Shown here: positions 40,629-50,127 of the stretch, piece after piece
Layout of the letters: every line of letters starts with the position of its first letter
How positions within the stretch are numbered: position 1 is the first letter of the stretch
Assembly (NCBI GenBank): GCA_963695545.1
Contig: OY968796.1
Span: forward strand, 3,584,001 to 3,648,000
DNA length: 64,000 nt
From: Terriglobia bacterium
GTDB lineage: Bacteria > Acidobacteriota > Terriglobia > Acidiferrales > UBA7541
Reading direction: 5' to 3'
Notes under the pieces: model-generated
What the model was told of the DNA's origin: nothing
The model's database searches: none
The model's input: the letters and a program-made list of their open reading frames with translations, nothing else
Made by a program: the position numbers and the translations under genes

Positions 40629-41570
40629 GTGAGAAAGAAAGTCACAGTAGTAGGCGGCGGCTTCGTCGGCTCGACAACCGCGCAGCGCATCGTGGACCAT
40701 GAACTCGCCGACGTCGTCCTAACCGATATCGTTGAAGGCGCGCCCGCCGGCAAAGCCCTCGACATGCTCGAATCCGCCACGATCACGCGCTCCGACTCGC
40801 GCATCACCGGCATCTCAACCGGCAACAACGATTATCGCGAGACCGCCAACAGCGATATCGTCGTCGTGACGGCAGGATTCCCGCGCAAGCCCGGCATGAG
40901 CCGCGACGATCTCCTGCGCGCGAACTACGACGTCATCAAAGCCGTCGTCGAGCAAGTCGTGAAGCTCTCGCCCAGCGCGATCCTCATCATGGTCACCAAT
41001 CCTCTCGACGCCATGGTGCAGGCCGCGTATCGCGTCAGCGGTTTTTCCAAGAATCGCGTGATGGGCATGGCCGGCGTTCTCGATTCCGCGCGCATGAGCG
41101 CTTTCATCGCGGAAGAACTGAATGTGAGCGTCGACAACGTGCACTCGTTCGTGCTCGGCGGCCACGGCGACGACATGGTTCCTCTGCCGCGCTATTCCAC
41201 CGTCGCCGGAATTCCACTTCCGGATTTGCTGCCGAAAGAAAAGATCGACGCTATCGTCGACCGCACGCGCAAAGGCGGCGCCGAAATTGTGAATCTCTTG
41301 AAGACCGGCTCGGCCTACTACGCCCCGTCCGCAGCCGTCGTCGAAATGGTGGAAGCTATCCTGAAGGACAAAAAGAAAATTCTCCCCTGCGCCGCTTATC
41401 TGGACGGCGAATACGGCATCAAGGGCCTCTACGTCGGCGTGCCCGTAAAACTCGGCGCGCGCGGCGTAGAGCAAATCATCGAAATAAAACTGACGCCCGA
41501 AGAAAACGCCGCACTGCAAAAATCCGCCGCATCCGTCCGCGAGCTGGTGACTGTTTTGGGTGTCGCGTAG
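40629..41570 (+). CDS. mdh: malate dehydrogenase (LDH-like)
   Basis: [43 protein letters not shown]. Confidence 0.96.
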   Translation: MRKKVTVVGGGFVGSTTAQRIVDHELADVVLTDIVEGAPAGKALDMLESATITRSDSRITGISTGNNDYRETANSDIVVVTAGFPRKPGMSRDDLLRANYDVIKAVVEQVVKLSPSAILIMVTNPLDAMVQAAYRVSGFSKNRVMGMAGVLDSARMSAFIAEELNVSVDNVHSFVLGGHGDDMVPLPRYSTVAGIPLPDLLPKEKIDAIVDRTRKGGAEIVNLLKTGSAYYAPSAAVVEMVEAILKDKKKILPCAAYLDGEYGIKGLYVGVPVKLGARGVEQIIEIKLTPEENAALQKSAASVRELVTVLGVA

Positions 41571-41701
41571 AAGTCGGGGGTTGCGTAGAAGTTGGAAGTC
41601 GCCTAGAAGCGCGGAGAGCCGCGCGGCGCCAAGCGCGCCCAAGTTCTTTGAAAACTTAAATCAACGAGAGACGGTGGTTCGCGGTCTCTCGCGCCGATCC
41701 C

Positions 41702-42754
41702 CTAGCGCCCGATGGAAACCGGAGGCGCCCACGCGAGCCCATCCGCGCCATTTCCCGCCTCAATCAGCGTGACCTTCCAAGTGTCCAGATCGATCGCCGC
41801 GACCTGATGGCTCGTGTCGCATGAAACATATGCGACGTGCCCGTACGGCCGCACCAGCACCTCTTGCGGCGACGCCGGCACGTGAATGGTCTTCACCACC
41901 GTCATCTTTGCAAGATTGATCACCGCAACGCCCTTGGCTTCGGGCAGCGCCACGAGCAACAACTTTCCGTCCGGCGTCGAAGCCGTGCCGTATCCTGTCT
42001 CCGGCAGCGCAATCCAGCTGTGAACTTTGTTCGTCGCCACGTCGATCACCGCAAGCCGCGGCTTCTCCGTGTCCGAAGTAAACACCCAGCGGCCATCCGG
42101 TGAAATCGATATGCGCTGCACGTGCGAGGCGACGGGAATCACAGTGATCGTTTTTCGCGCCACGAGATCGAGCACTGAAACAGTTCCCGGCCCAACGTTG
42201 GCCGTGTATCCCCGTTTCCCGTCGCGGCTGATCGCCAGCATATGCGATTCCGCCTGCCCCGTCGGCACTGTGCCGACGATCTTCATCGTCGCGGGATCGA
42301 TGATCGTGATCGCATGATCGAGTTCGGTTGTGACGTAAAGCAATCCGTCGGTTGGCCCGACGACGATGCAATGCGGCCGCACGCCGTGACCGAAATCGAA
42401 TGTCTGGACCACGCGACGCGACTCGAGATCGATCACGTCGATCGTGCTTCCGTCCGTGCCCGGCTTGCCGACTCCGGAGTTGCCATAAATCGGAACGTAG
42501 GCGCGCGTCCCGTCAGGCGATGCGGCGACTTCATGTCCCGTGACGCCGCCCTCGGGCACCACGGCGATCTGGGCGCCGGTCCTCGGTTCGATCACGCTCA
42601 GCGTGCGATCGCCCTTGTTGGCCACAAGCAGCAAACCCGCCGCGTGCGTCGAGCGAGCCAAACGCGGCGCCGAACGCGTAGTAGGCAATGAGCCAACGAG
42701 CGAAAGCGTCACAAGCCAGGTGGCGGCGTACGTCAGAGTAAGATGCGAAGTCAT
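41702..42754 (-). CDS. YncE/YVTN-family beta-propeller protein, exported
   Basis: Signal peptide; repeated SPDG/SRDG..YV and VSVLDL motifs. Confidence 0.85.
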   Translation of the reverse strand: MTSHLTLTYAATWLVTLSLVGSLPTTRSAPRLARSTHAAGLLLVANKGDRTLSVIEPRTGAQIAVVPEGGVTGHEVAASPDGTRAYVPIYGNSGVGKPGTDGSTIDVIDLESRRVVQTFDFGHGVRPHCIVVGPTDGLLYVTTELDHAITIIDPATMKIVGTVPTGQAESHMLAISRDGKRGYTANVGPGTVSVLDLVARKTITVIPVASHVQRISISPDGRWVFTSDTEKPRLAVIDVATNKVHSWIALPETGYGTASTPDGKLLLVALPEAKGVAVINLAKMTVVKTIHVPASPQEVLVRPYGHVAYVSCDTSHQVAAIDLDTWKVTLIEAGNGADGLAWAPPVSIGR

Positions 42755-42775
42755 TTCAATACCTCCGGGATTTTT

Positions 42776-43555
42776 CTAGTGCGCCGCAGCCGGCGGATTA
42801 GCCGGGCGCGCCGGATGCGCCGGCGCCACCACCGGATGCGCAGCAGTGAGAATCACGGCCGTCTTGATGCTATCGAGCTTCGGGAAATTCGCATCAAGAT
42901 ATGCGCGTCCCTTGTTTCCGATCACTTCCTGATCGGGACCGTTTCCAGATGGAGCGCCTTCGCCGTAGCCGCTGTAAAGTTGATCCACAATCGGCATGCC
43001 CTCGGTCACCTGGCCGAAGGGCATGAAGCCAGAGGCATCAAGGCGCGGATTGTCCACCAGATTGATGAACACTTGCGTCGTCCGCGAGTTCGGCTGGTCC
43101 GTCATCGCGAAAGTGATGTAACCGCGATGATTGCTTTGCGTCATCGAATTTCGCGGATCGTCCTTGATCTCGGCATTGTCCCAGGCATGATTCACGGCCG
43201 GGTACGGGCTCAAACCAAACTGCACCATGAAGCCCGAAATCACGCGGAAGAAGCTCGCGCCGTCGAGATAATGATGCGCGACGAGATTGTAAAAGCGATC
43301 GGCGCCGTTCGGCGACCACGCGCGCGTCACGTGAATGAGCACCACGCCTTTCGTTGTCGTCATTCTGACGTCGTAGACCGCTGGCGCGCGCGCATGCAAC
43401 AGCGCGGGATTCAGCAGCGCGTGGTCGTACGCGGCAACCGCTGCGTGATGCGTCACCGGCGGCTTCGCCGTTGTCTTGCTTTGCGCCACGGCGAACGATG
43501 CGGTCAATCCCGCCACGATCGAAACTTGAATCAGCATTCTTCCGAATTTCAGCAT
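42776..43555 (-). CDS. cyclophilin-type peptidylprolyl isomerase, exported
   Basis: SPNGADRFYNLV, FFRVISGFMVQFG, SRTTQVFINL, FGQVTEGM. Confidence 0.92.
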   Translation of the reverse strand: MLKFGRMLIQVSIVAGLTASFAVAQSKTTAKPPVTHHAAVAAYDHALLNPALLHARAPAVYDVRMTTTKGVVLIHVTRAWSPNGADRFYNLVAHHYLDGASFFRVISGFMVQFGLSPYPAVNHAWDNAEIKDDPRNSMTQSNHRGYITFAMTDQPNSRTTQVFINLVDNPRLDASGFMPFGQVTEGMPIVDQLYSGYGEGAPSGNGPDQEVIGNKGRAYLDANFPKLDSIKTAVILTAAHPVVAPAHPARPANPPAAAH

Positions 43556-43594
43556 TTTCCATTGACTCCTTCGGCTTCTTTACGTCGCGCAGAA

Positions 43595-44770
43595 TTATAC
43601 GGCGCTCGCGGACAATTCCTCAGCCACGCGTTCCGCATCAGACAACACGCGAAGAGCATTCTCGCCCAGAATCATGCGGATGTCTCGGTCCGCATAACCG
43701 CGGCGCACGAGTGCCTCGGTGATCCGCGGCAATTTAGATGCGTCCTCCATGCCCTCGGGCATTCGCGCGCCGTCGAAGTCGGAACCAATCCCCACGTGCT
43801 CGGCGCCGGCAATTTGAACGGCGTGATCGATATGTTCGACGATCTCTTCCCAGCTCACCCGCGGCAGTTTGCCTTCGCGAATCATCGCGTCGTTCAGGCG
43901 CTGGTGTTCGATCATGATGCGCGCTTCGTTTCCGGGATGCTGATTGCGAATTTCCTGATCGTGCGCCTCAAACGCGGCGGCATGTACGCGCCGCGCGCTC
44001 GCATTCTTCTGGCTCAGGAAACTAGTATGGAAATTGATCTGCAGCGCGCCCCCGCCGGCTGCGAGCGCGCGAATCATCTCGTCGGTCAGATTTCGCGGCG
44101 AATCGCAAAGCGCGCGACAACAAGAATGCGAAGCGATTGCCGGCGCGCGCGTGATCGCCAGCACATCGGAAAACGTGCGGTCGGAAACATGCGAAAGATC
44201 CACGACCATTCCGAGCCGGTTCATTTCGGCGATGACCTCGCGGCCAAATGGCGTGAGCCCCTTGTTTCCCGCGCCGCCGGACGAACCCGCCCAATCGAGA
44301 TCGGCGAAGTGCGTCAGCGTCAAATAACGAACGCCAAGCGTCGCGAAAATTCGCAGCAGGCCCAGATCGTTGTCGATTGCGTGCCCGCCCTCGACGCACA
44401 GCACGATCGCGATCTTTCCGGCAGCGTGAACGCTGCGAATTTCCGCAACCGTCGCGGCCAATGCCAAATCCGCGGGATGCCGCCGAACTTGTTCTCGCAT
44501 GGCGTCGAGCAAATTGAATGCGCGTTTGACGGCCACGGTTCCCGTAACGTCGGGAGGAACCCACGCGGCGCAAAAAAGCGCGCCGACGCCGCCTTCGCGC
44601 AATCGAGGAATGTCGATGCAGCCTTCTGCATCGCGGGGGCCGAAATCGAATTTCTCGAAGAAACAGCGCTGCGCGACATCAACGTGCGTATCGACGACCA
44701 GAAAATCAAAATGCAGCGCGCGAGCGCGCCGTGCGATTTCATCTTCGGAAAAGCGTTCGGCGGAAGACAT
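43595..44770 (-). CDS. membrane/renal dipeptidase family (peptidase M19)
   Basis: VDTHVD, VEGG, YLTLTH, DLSH, ASHS, RNLTD, GIGSDFDG. Confidence 0.92.
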   Translation of the reverse strand: MSSAERFSEDEIARRARALHFDFLVVDTHVDVAQRCFFEKFDFGPRDAEGCIDIPRLREGGVGALFCAAWVPPDVTGTVAVKRAFNLLDAMREQVRRHPADLALAATVAEIRSVHAAGKIAIVLCVEGGHAIDNDLGLLRIFATLGVRYLTLTHFADLDWAGSSGGAGNKGLTPFGREVIAEMNRLGMVVDLSHVSDRTFSDVLAITRAPAIASHSCCRALCDSPRNLTDEMIRALAAGGGALQINFHTSFLSQKNASARRVHAAAFEAHDQEIRNQHPGNEARIMIEHQRLNDAMIREGKLPRVSWEEIVEHIDHAVQIAGAEHVGIGSDFDGARMPEGMEDASKLPRITEALVRRGYADRDIRMILGENALRVLSDAERVAEELSASAV

Positions 44771-44826
44771 GACTTGTTTGCAGCGCGTCGCGGAGCTGGC
44801 GGACTTCGTCGACTGTACCGTGAGCC

Positions 44827-45579
44827 TCAGCCGAACAGCCAGCCGACGATTGACTGGCGAATCGCCTGGCGATTCACATCGGCAATCGATTCAGTGAGCG
44901 GAATGCCTTTCGGGCAAATCTTCACGCAATTTTGCGCGTTAGCGCAATCGGCCACGCCGCCCGGACCCATCACGGCTTCCAGGCGCTCGCGCGCGTTCAT
45001 CGCGCCGGTGGGATGCATGTTGAATAGTCGCACCTGACTGATGATCGCCGCACCTACAAAATTGTTGTGTTCGTTCACTTGCGGACAGACTTCGAGGCAA
45101 TTGCCGCAGCTGATGCAACGGGAAAGTGGATAGGCCTTTTCCTGCGTCTCGGGCGACATGCGCGGGCCTTCGCCCAGATCGTAGGTGCCGTCGATCGGAA
45201 TCCAGGCCTTCACGCGCTGCAAATTATCGAACATGATCGAGCGGTCCACGGCCAGATCGCGAATCACCGGAAATTTCGTGAGCGGCTCGAGGCGAATCGG
45301 TTGCTCGAGCGAATCCACCAGCGTGGAGCACGCCATGCGCGCGCGCCCATTCACCACCATCGCGCACGAGCCGCACACTTCTTCGAGGCAATTGGAATCG
45401 AAGGTGACCGGAGTCGTCTCGCGGCCATCGCGCATCACCGGCTGCTCGGCGATGTCGCGCAAACAGATGATCACGTTCATGTGCGGGCGATAATGCAGCT
45501 CGAACTCCTCCCACGCCGGGCGGCTGTCCGGCGTGACCTGCCGCTTCACGCGAACGATCACGGATTTTTTGTCCGCCAT
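44827..45579 (-). CDS. sdhB: succinate dehydrogenase iron-sulfur subunit
   Basis: CLEEVCGSC..MAC, CISCGNCLEVCP, CANAQNCVKICP. Confidence 0.95.
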   Translation of the reverse strand: MADKKSVIVRVKRQVTPDSRPAWEEFELHYRPHMNVIICLRDIAEQPVMRDGRETTPVTFDSNCLEEVCGSCAMVVNGRARMACSTLVDSLEQPIRLEPLTKFPVIRDLAVDRSIMFDNLQRVKAWIPIDGTYDLGEGPRMSPETQEKAYPLSRCISCGNCLEVCPQVNEHNNFVGAAIISQVRLFNMHPTGAMNARERLEAVMGPGGVADCANAQNCVKICPKGIPLTESIADVNRQAIRQSIVGWLFG

Positions 45580-45609
45580 GCTTCCTCCGACCTCAACACC
45601 CACCGCTCG

Positions 45610-47394
45610 TTACTTCGTCGCGGCGTAACTCCGTTTGCGCGGCGGAATCAGCGACGTATCCACCGGCTCGTAATTCAGCTCGATGCGACCATCGCTGTAC
45701 GATGCGCGCGTGGTCTTCAGCCAGTTCGCATCGTCACGCTCGGGGAAATCCGGCTTGTAGTGCGCGCCGCGCGATTCATTGCGCGCCAGCGCGCCGAGGG
45801 TGATGACGCGCGAGAGAACCAGCATATTCTCGAGCTCGCGCGCGAAATTCAATGTCTGATTGGACCACGCAGTGCGATCCGAAAGATTCACTTTGCGGAA
45901 ACGCTCGGCGAATTCCTGGAGCTTGTCGTCCGCTTGCTCAAGTGCCTTGTTGTAGCGCACCACGGTGACGTGCTCGGTCATCAACGCGCCGAGCTCTTTC
46001 CAGATCGCAATCAGATTCTCCGATCCTTCCTGCAGCAAGAGCCGCGCGTTGTGCTCCTGCTGACGGCGCACTTCGCGTTCGGCGATCGACGAGGAAACGC
46101 CATCCGCATTTTCTTGGAGGTTGCGCGCGTAATTCACGGCCGCTTGTCCTGCCACGCGCCCGCCCCAAATGCACGAGAGCAAGGAATTCGCGCCGAGCCG
46201 ATTGGCGCCGTGATATTGATATTCGCATTCCCCCGCGGCGTAGATGCCGGGCACGTTCGTGGCCTGGTTCTGCGTATCCACCCAGATTCCGCCCATGGTG
46301 TAATGCATGCCGGGAAAGACTTTCATGGGCTCGACGCGCGGGTCGGTGCCCACGAACTTTTCGTAGATTTCGAGAATGCCTTCGAGCTTACGATCGAGAA
46401 CTTCGCGCGGGATCTCCGTCAAGTCGAGATACACGGCCGCTTCGCCGCCGATGCCGAGCTTCAATTCAAAGACGACTTTATGAATCGCGCGCGTGGCCAC
46501 GTCGCGCGGCACAAGATTTCCATACTTCGGATACCAGTCTTCGAGAAAATAAAAACGCTCGCCCGCGGGAATCGTAAGCGGCGCGCGCGTATCTCCCGCG
46601 GCTTTCGGCACCCAGATCCGGCCGCCTTCGCCGCGCGCCGATTCGCTCATCAGGCGAAGCTTGTCTTCGCCGGGGATGCAGGTGGGATGCACCTGAATGA
46701 ATTCGCCATTGGCGTAGTCCACGCCCTGCTGAAACAGCGCGCTTTGCGCGGAACCCGTGCACACAACCGAATTTGTCGAGCGGCCAAAAACCGCGCCGTT
46801 GCCGCCGGTGCAAAAAATCGCGGCGTCGGCCGGGAACGCGCAAACTTCCATGGTTTTCAAATCCATCGCGCAGATGCCGCGCGCGATTCCGGCGTCGTCA
46901 ATCACCGCGGAAAGAAACGTCCAGCCTTCGTGCTTGCGTACTTTGCCTTCGGCCTCGTAGCGGCGCACTTGCTCGTCAAGCGCGTAGAGAATTTGCTGGC
47001 CGGTCGTGGCGCCGGCGAAGGCCGTGCGATGAAACAACGTGCCGCCGAAACGCCGATAATCGAGCAAACCTTCCGGCGTGCGATTGAACATCACTCCCAT
47101 GCGGTCAAGCAGATCGATCAGGTGCGGGGCATACTCGCACATGGCTTTCACGGGCGGCTGATTGGCCAGGAAATCGCCGCCGTATATCGTGTCGTCGAAA
47201 TGAATTGCCGGGGAATCGCCTTCGCCCTTGGTATTTTTCGCGGCGTTGATGCCGCCCTGCGCGCACACCGAATGCGATCGCTTCACCGGAACGATCGAGA
47301 AAAGATCGACTACCACGCCCATTTCGGCCACGCGGATCGCGGCCATCAATCCGGCCAACCCGCCGCCCACGATCACGATGTTTGGATTCTTCAT
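45610..47394 (-). CDS. sdhA: succinate dehydrogenase flavoprotein subunit
   Basis: GGGLAG, RSHSVCAQGGIN, QVHPT, HYTMGG, HGANRLGANSL, ESRGAH. Confidence 0.96.
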   Translation of the reverse strand: MKNPNIVIVGGGLAGLMAAIRVAEMGVVVDLFSIVPVKRSHSVCAQGGINAAKNTKGEGDSPAIHFDDTIYGGDFLANQPPVKAMCEYAPHLIDLLDRMGVMFNRTPEGLLDYRRFGGTLFHRTAFAGATTGQQILYALDEQVRRYEAEGKVRKHEGWTFLSAVIDDAGIARGICAMDLKTMEVCAFPADAAIFCTGGNGAVFGRSTNSVVCTGSAQSALFQQGVDYANGEFIQVHPTCIPGEDKLRLMSESARGEGGRIWVPKAAGDTRAPLTIPAGERFYFLEDWYPKYGNLVPRDVATRAIHKVVFELKLGIGGEAAVYLDLTEIPREVLDRKLEGILEIYEKFVGTDPRVEPMKVFPGMHYTMGGIWVDTQNQATNVPGIYAAGECEYQYHGANRLGANSLLSCIWGGRVAGQAAVNYARNLQENADGVSSSIAEREVRRQQEHNARLLLQEGSENLIAIWKELGALMTEHVTVVRYNKALEQADDKLQEFAERFRKVNLSDRTAWSNQTLNFARELENMLVLSRVITLGALARNESRGAHYKPDFPERDDANWLKTTRASYSDGRIELNYEPVDTSLIPPRKRSYAATK

Positions 47395-48047
47395 GACGGC
47401 CGATAGAATTGGAAGGGGTGCCAGCCGTAGCGGAAGCTCACGGCGATCGCGAGACCCACGACGGCGAACATGATTGCGACGACCACGCCGAGATAGCCGG
47501 CCGCGCGTTGCGCGTGCACCGTGGCGGCGAGGCCCCACTTGCAAAGAAAATTCCACACGCCGACGCCGAGATGCACCGACGCGGCCGTCACTCCGATCAC
47601 GTAAAACCAAAAATACAGCGGATTCGCAAGCGAGGCGTGCACACCGGCAAACGTCGAATTACCGCGCGGCAAAAATCGCTCGGTGTAAACGTGCCAAAAG
47701 ATGAAGACAAACGCGATCAGTCCGGTGTAGCGCTGAAACGTGTACATCCAGTTGCCGACCCACGGATATTCCGAAACGTTGTTCTTGCCCTTCAGCCATA
47801 TGTAGACGCCGTAACCTCCGTGATAGAGGATCGGCAGCCAGATGCCGAAGATTTCGGCGAAGATCAGCCACGGCGCCGATTCCAGATCGCTTGCGGCCTG
47901 ATTGAATTTTTCGGGACTGACCAGCGCGGCGCTGTTCGTCCAGAAATGTTCGAGAAGAAAAAATCCGATGGGTACGATGCCAGAGATCGAATGCAGCTTG
48001 CGAAGAAAGAACGATGTTCGGTCGGACGAAGCCTCAGCCGCGGACAT
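47391..48047 (-). CDS. sdhC: succinate dehydrogenase cytochrome b558 subunit
   Basis: RKLHSISG, LEHF, YHG, QRYTG, WHV, HLGVG; five TM segments, Bacillus-type. Confidence 0.92.
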   Translation of the reverse strand: MSAAEASSDRTSFFLRKLHSISGIVPIGFFLLEHFWTNSAALVSPEKFNQAASDLESAPWLIFAEIFGIWLPILYHGGYGVYIWLKGKNNVSEYPWVGNWMYTFQRYTGLIAFVFIFWHVYTERFLPRGNSTFAGVHASLANPLYFWFYVIGVTAASVHLGVGVWNFLCKWGLAATVHAQRAAGYLGVVVAIMFAVVGLAIAVSFRYGWHPFQFYRPS

Positions 48048-48328
48048 GAACTCTCGGAACCTTCCTGTGGTGCGAACGGCCGCGCTGAAATTGCATTGCG
48101 AAATTCTCAACAGCGCGAACAAAATTAGTATAGGCAGAACGCAATGGCAATGCAAGACGCCGGGAGAGAGCGCGGATGGCAAAGTACGCGCAAGCCGGCC
48201 GCGCACGCGCCAAACAGGGCAGGTTGGATTGGAGAGAACCCTTTCGCGTCATGGCGTGAGGATTTACGGAAACGTCTTGACGCCATGTGCCTATAATTAA
48301 CCGTTACGCCACTGGGAGGAGAGGCTGA

Positions 48329-48862
48329 ATGTCGCAGACCCTGGCTGCCGAAATCGAACGCCTCGTGCAAGACATCGAGGAAAAAAAGATCGCCCCCGAC
48401 GCGCCCGCGCGCGAGCAAATCGCGCACGAATTGGCGAAGCGCTTTGGCGTGAAATCCGACGAGGTCGCGATTCTGGTGCTGATTCGCAGCGCGCAGATGC
48501 TGCGCTTCGTATTGCCGGAAAAACTCCGGCCCGTGGGCACGATTCCGCTCAACAGCACCTCGGCGCTGGCCGCGCGCACCGCGCGCGAACGCCGCGCGGA
48601 AGTGATCAACAATTTTCCCGCCGTGCGTCACGCGTCCGTGTTTGAAGGCGTGCCGCTGGGCCGCGAGCAAGGCGAGTCCATCCAAAAAATTATGAGCGCG
48701 CCGGTTGTGGGCGGCGTTCATGTCCTGGGCGTAGTCCAAGTTTGCCGCAAGGGCCACACCCCGTCTGCCGCGGGCGCGGATTTCACGTCTGCCGATTTGA
48801 AGGACCTCACTTCCCTCTCGGAGGCGCTGGGGCGATTTCTAATCGCATGCCAGGAGACCTGA
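48329..48862 (+). CDS. stand-alone GAF-domain protein
   Basis: IPLNSTSALAART, IMSAPV...LGVVQV, FTSADL..L pattern; GGAGAGG RBS. Confidence 0.75.
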   Translation: MSQTLAAEIERLVQDIEEKKIAPDAPAREQIAHELAKRFGVKSDEVAILVLIRSAQMLRFVLPEKLRPVGTIPLNSTSALAARTARERRAEVINNFPAVRHASVFEGVPLGREQGESIQKIMSAPVVGGVHVLGVVQVCRKGHTPSAAGADFTSADLKDLTSLSEALGRFLIACQET

Positions 48863-48981
48863 GCTGATGCGGCGCGCGCCGCGCTCGCGAAGACGCCTTT
48901 TCAAGCCATGATTTTTCGCTGCGCCGGTTGTCGCAGCTGTTGCCGCAATTCTCGCCACAGAGATTGTGAGCGGGAAACGTG

Positions 48982-49010
48982 TTGACAGCACGGGATGAAC
49001 TTGCTACGTT
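48982..49010 (+). promoter_or_regulatory. sigma70-like promoter of pdaD
   Basis: TTGACA-17 nt-TACGTT with extended TG, about 70 nt upstream of the ATG. Confidence 0.6.
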
Positions 49011-49077
49011 TCGGCTCGCTCCGCTTTTGCGCGCGTTCGCAGTCTGAGCGAGGAGGCACCGCAGTCCGGCATCATCC

Positions 49078-49635
49078 ATGGCGTTCGTCGCGAAAAGAAT
49101 CTTCCTCACCAAAGGTGTCGGCAAGCATCGCGAGCGGCTTTCGAGTTTCGAGCTCGCGCTGCGCAGCGCGGGAATTGCCGCGTGCAATATCGTGCGCGTC
49201 TCCTCCATTTTTCCTCCGAACTGCAAATTAATTTCGCGCAGCGAAGGGTTGAAACATTTGCGGCCGGGGCAAGTGGCCTTCACCGTGATCAGCGAGAATT
49301 CCACGCGCGAGGCGCACCGCTTGATCGCCGCGGGCATCGGACTCGCGCTGCCGGCGGATAAATCCATGTACGGCTACCTCTCGGAACACCATTCATTCGG
49401 CGAGACTGAAGAAGTGGCCGGCGAGTATACCGAAGAATTAGCCGCCGAAATGCTCGCGACTACGCTCAACGTCGAATTCGACGCCGACCTTTCGTGGGAC
49501 GAAAAAAAGGAAGTCTATCGGATCTCCAACAAGATCGTGCGCACCATGAACATCACGCAATCCGCCGTGGGCGATAAGCGCGGATTGTGGACTACCGTGC
49601 TGGCCGCGGCCATGATGATCGGCGAAGACGACTGA
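49078..49635 (+). CDS. pdaD: pyruvoyl-dependent arginine decarboxylase
   Basis: SFELALRSAGI, NIVRVS|SIFPP self-cleavage site, YGYLSEHH. Confidence 0.9.
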   Translation: MAFVAKRIFLTKGVGKHRERLSSFELALRSAGIAACNIVRVSSIFPPNCKLISRSEGLKHLRPGQVAFTVISENSTREAHRLIAAGIGLALPADKSMYGYLSEHHSFGETEEVAGEYTEELAAEMLATTLNVEFDADLSWDEKKEVYRISNKIVRTMNITQSAVGDKRGLWTTVLAAAMMIGEDD

Positions 49636-49687
49636 GCGGCGATATCTGCTGATTGCACCCAGAATCAAGTTAATCAAGGGAGCGGGA

Positions 49688-49969
49688 ATGCCACACATGA
49701 CCGTCACTTTTTCACACTCTTTGATCGGATGGATCATCATCGGGCTGCTGGCCGGTTGGTTGGCGGGAACGTTGTCGCGCGGCCGCGGCTTCGGTTGCAT
49801 CGCGAACGTCGTGATCGGACTGATCGGCGCGCTGCTCGGGGGCTGGATTTTCACGAAGCTCGGAATCGTCGGCTCGGGCAGCAGCTTCCTGTACAGCTTA
49901 GCGGCCGCAACGGTTGGCGCCGTCGTTCTGGTATTGATTGCGGGATTGTTCTCCGGAAATAGATCGTAG
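49688..49969 (+). CDS. GlsB/YeaQ/YmgE family membrane protein
   Basis: WIIIGLLAGWLAG, IGLIGALLGG, ATVGAVVL. Confidence 0.9.
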   Translation: MPHMTVTFSHSLIGWIIIGLLAGWLAGTLSRGRGFGCIANVVIGLIGALLGGWIFTKLGIVGSGSSFLYSLAAATVGAVVLVLIAGLFSGNRS

Positions 49970-50127
49970 CGCGCGAAAAAGCAGGCTCCCTTCTCTGCGC
50001 CTTCCGCATTTCTAGCGGTGTTCCGCGAGTGCCCGCCTCGAATGTGATAACATGAAAGCAAAGTGAATCGAATCGACTTCATCAACACGGACAACGCAGT
50101 CAATTCATTCGGGGGAGTGCGCGGGCT

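Noticed and set aside
41563..41610. Three short degenerate GC(G/C)TAGAAG repeats after the mdh stop
   Set aside because: Too short and irregular; likely a local duplication of the gene end.
42743..47406. Very long + strand ORFs (764 aa and 779 aa)
   Set aside because: Antisense shadows of the cyclophilin, dipeptidase and sdh genes in GC-rich DNA; no recognisable motifs. The same applies to 24861-26213, 35226-36683, 39041-40492 and 49438-51216.
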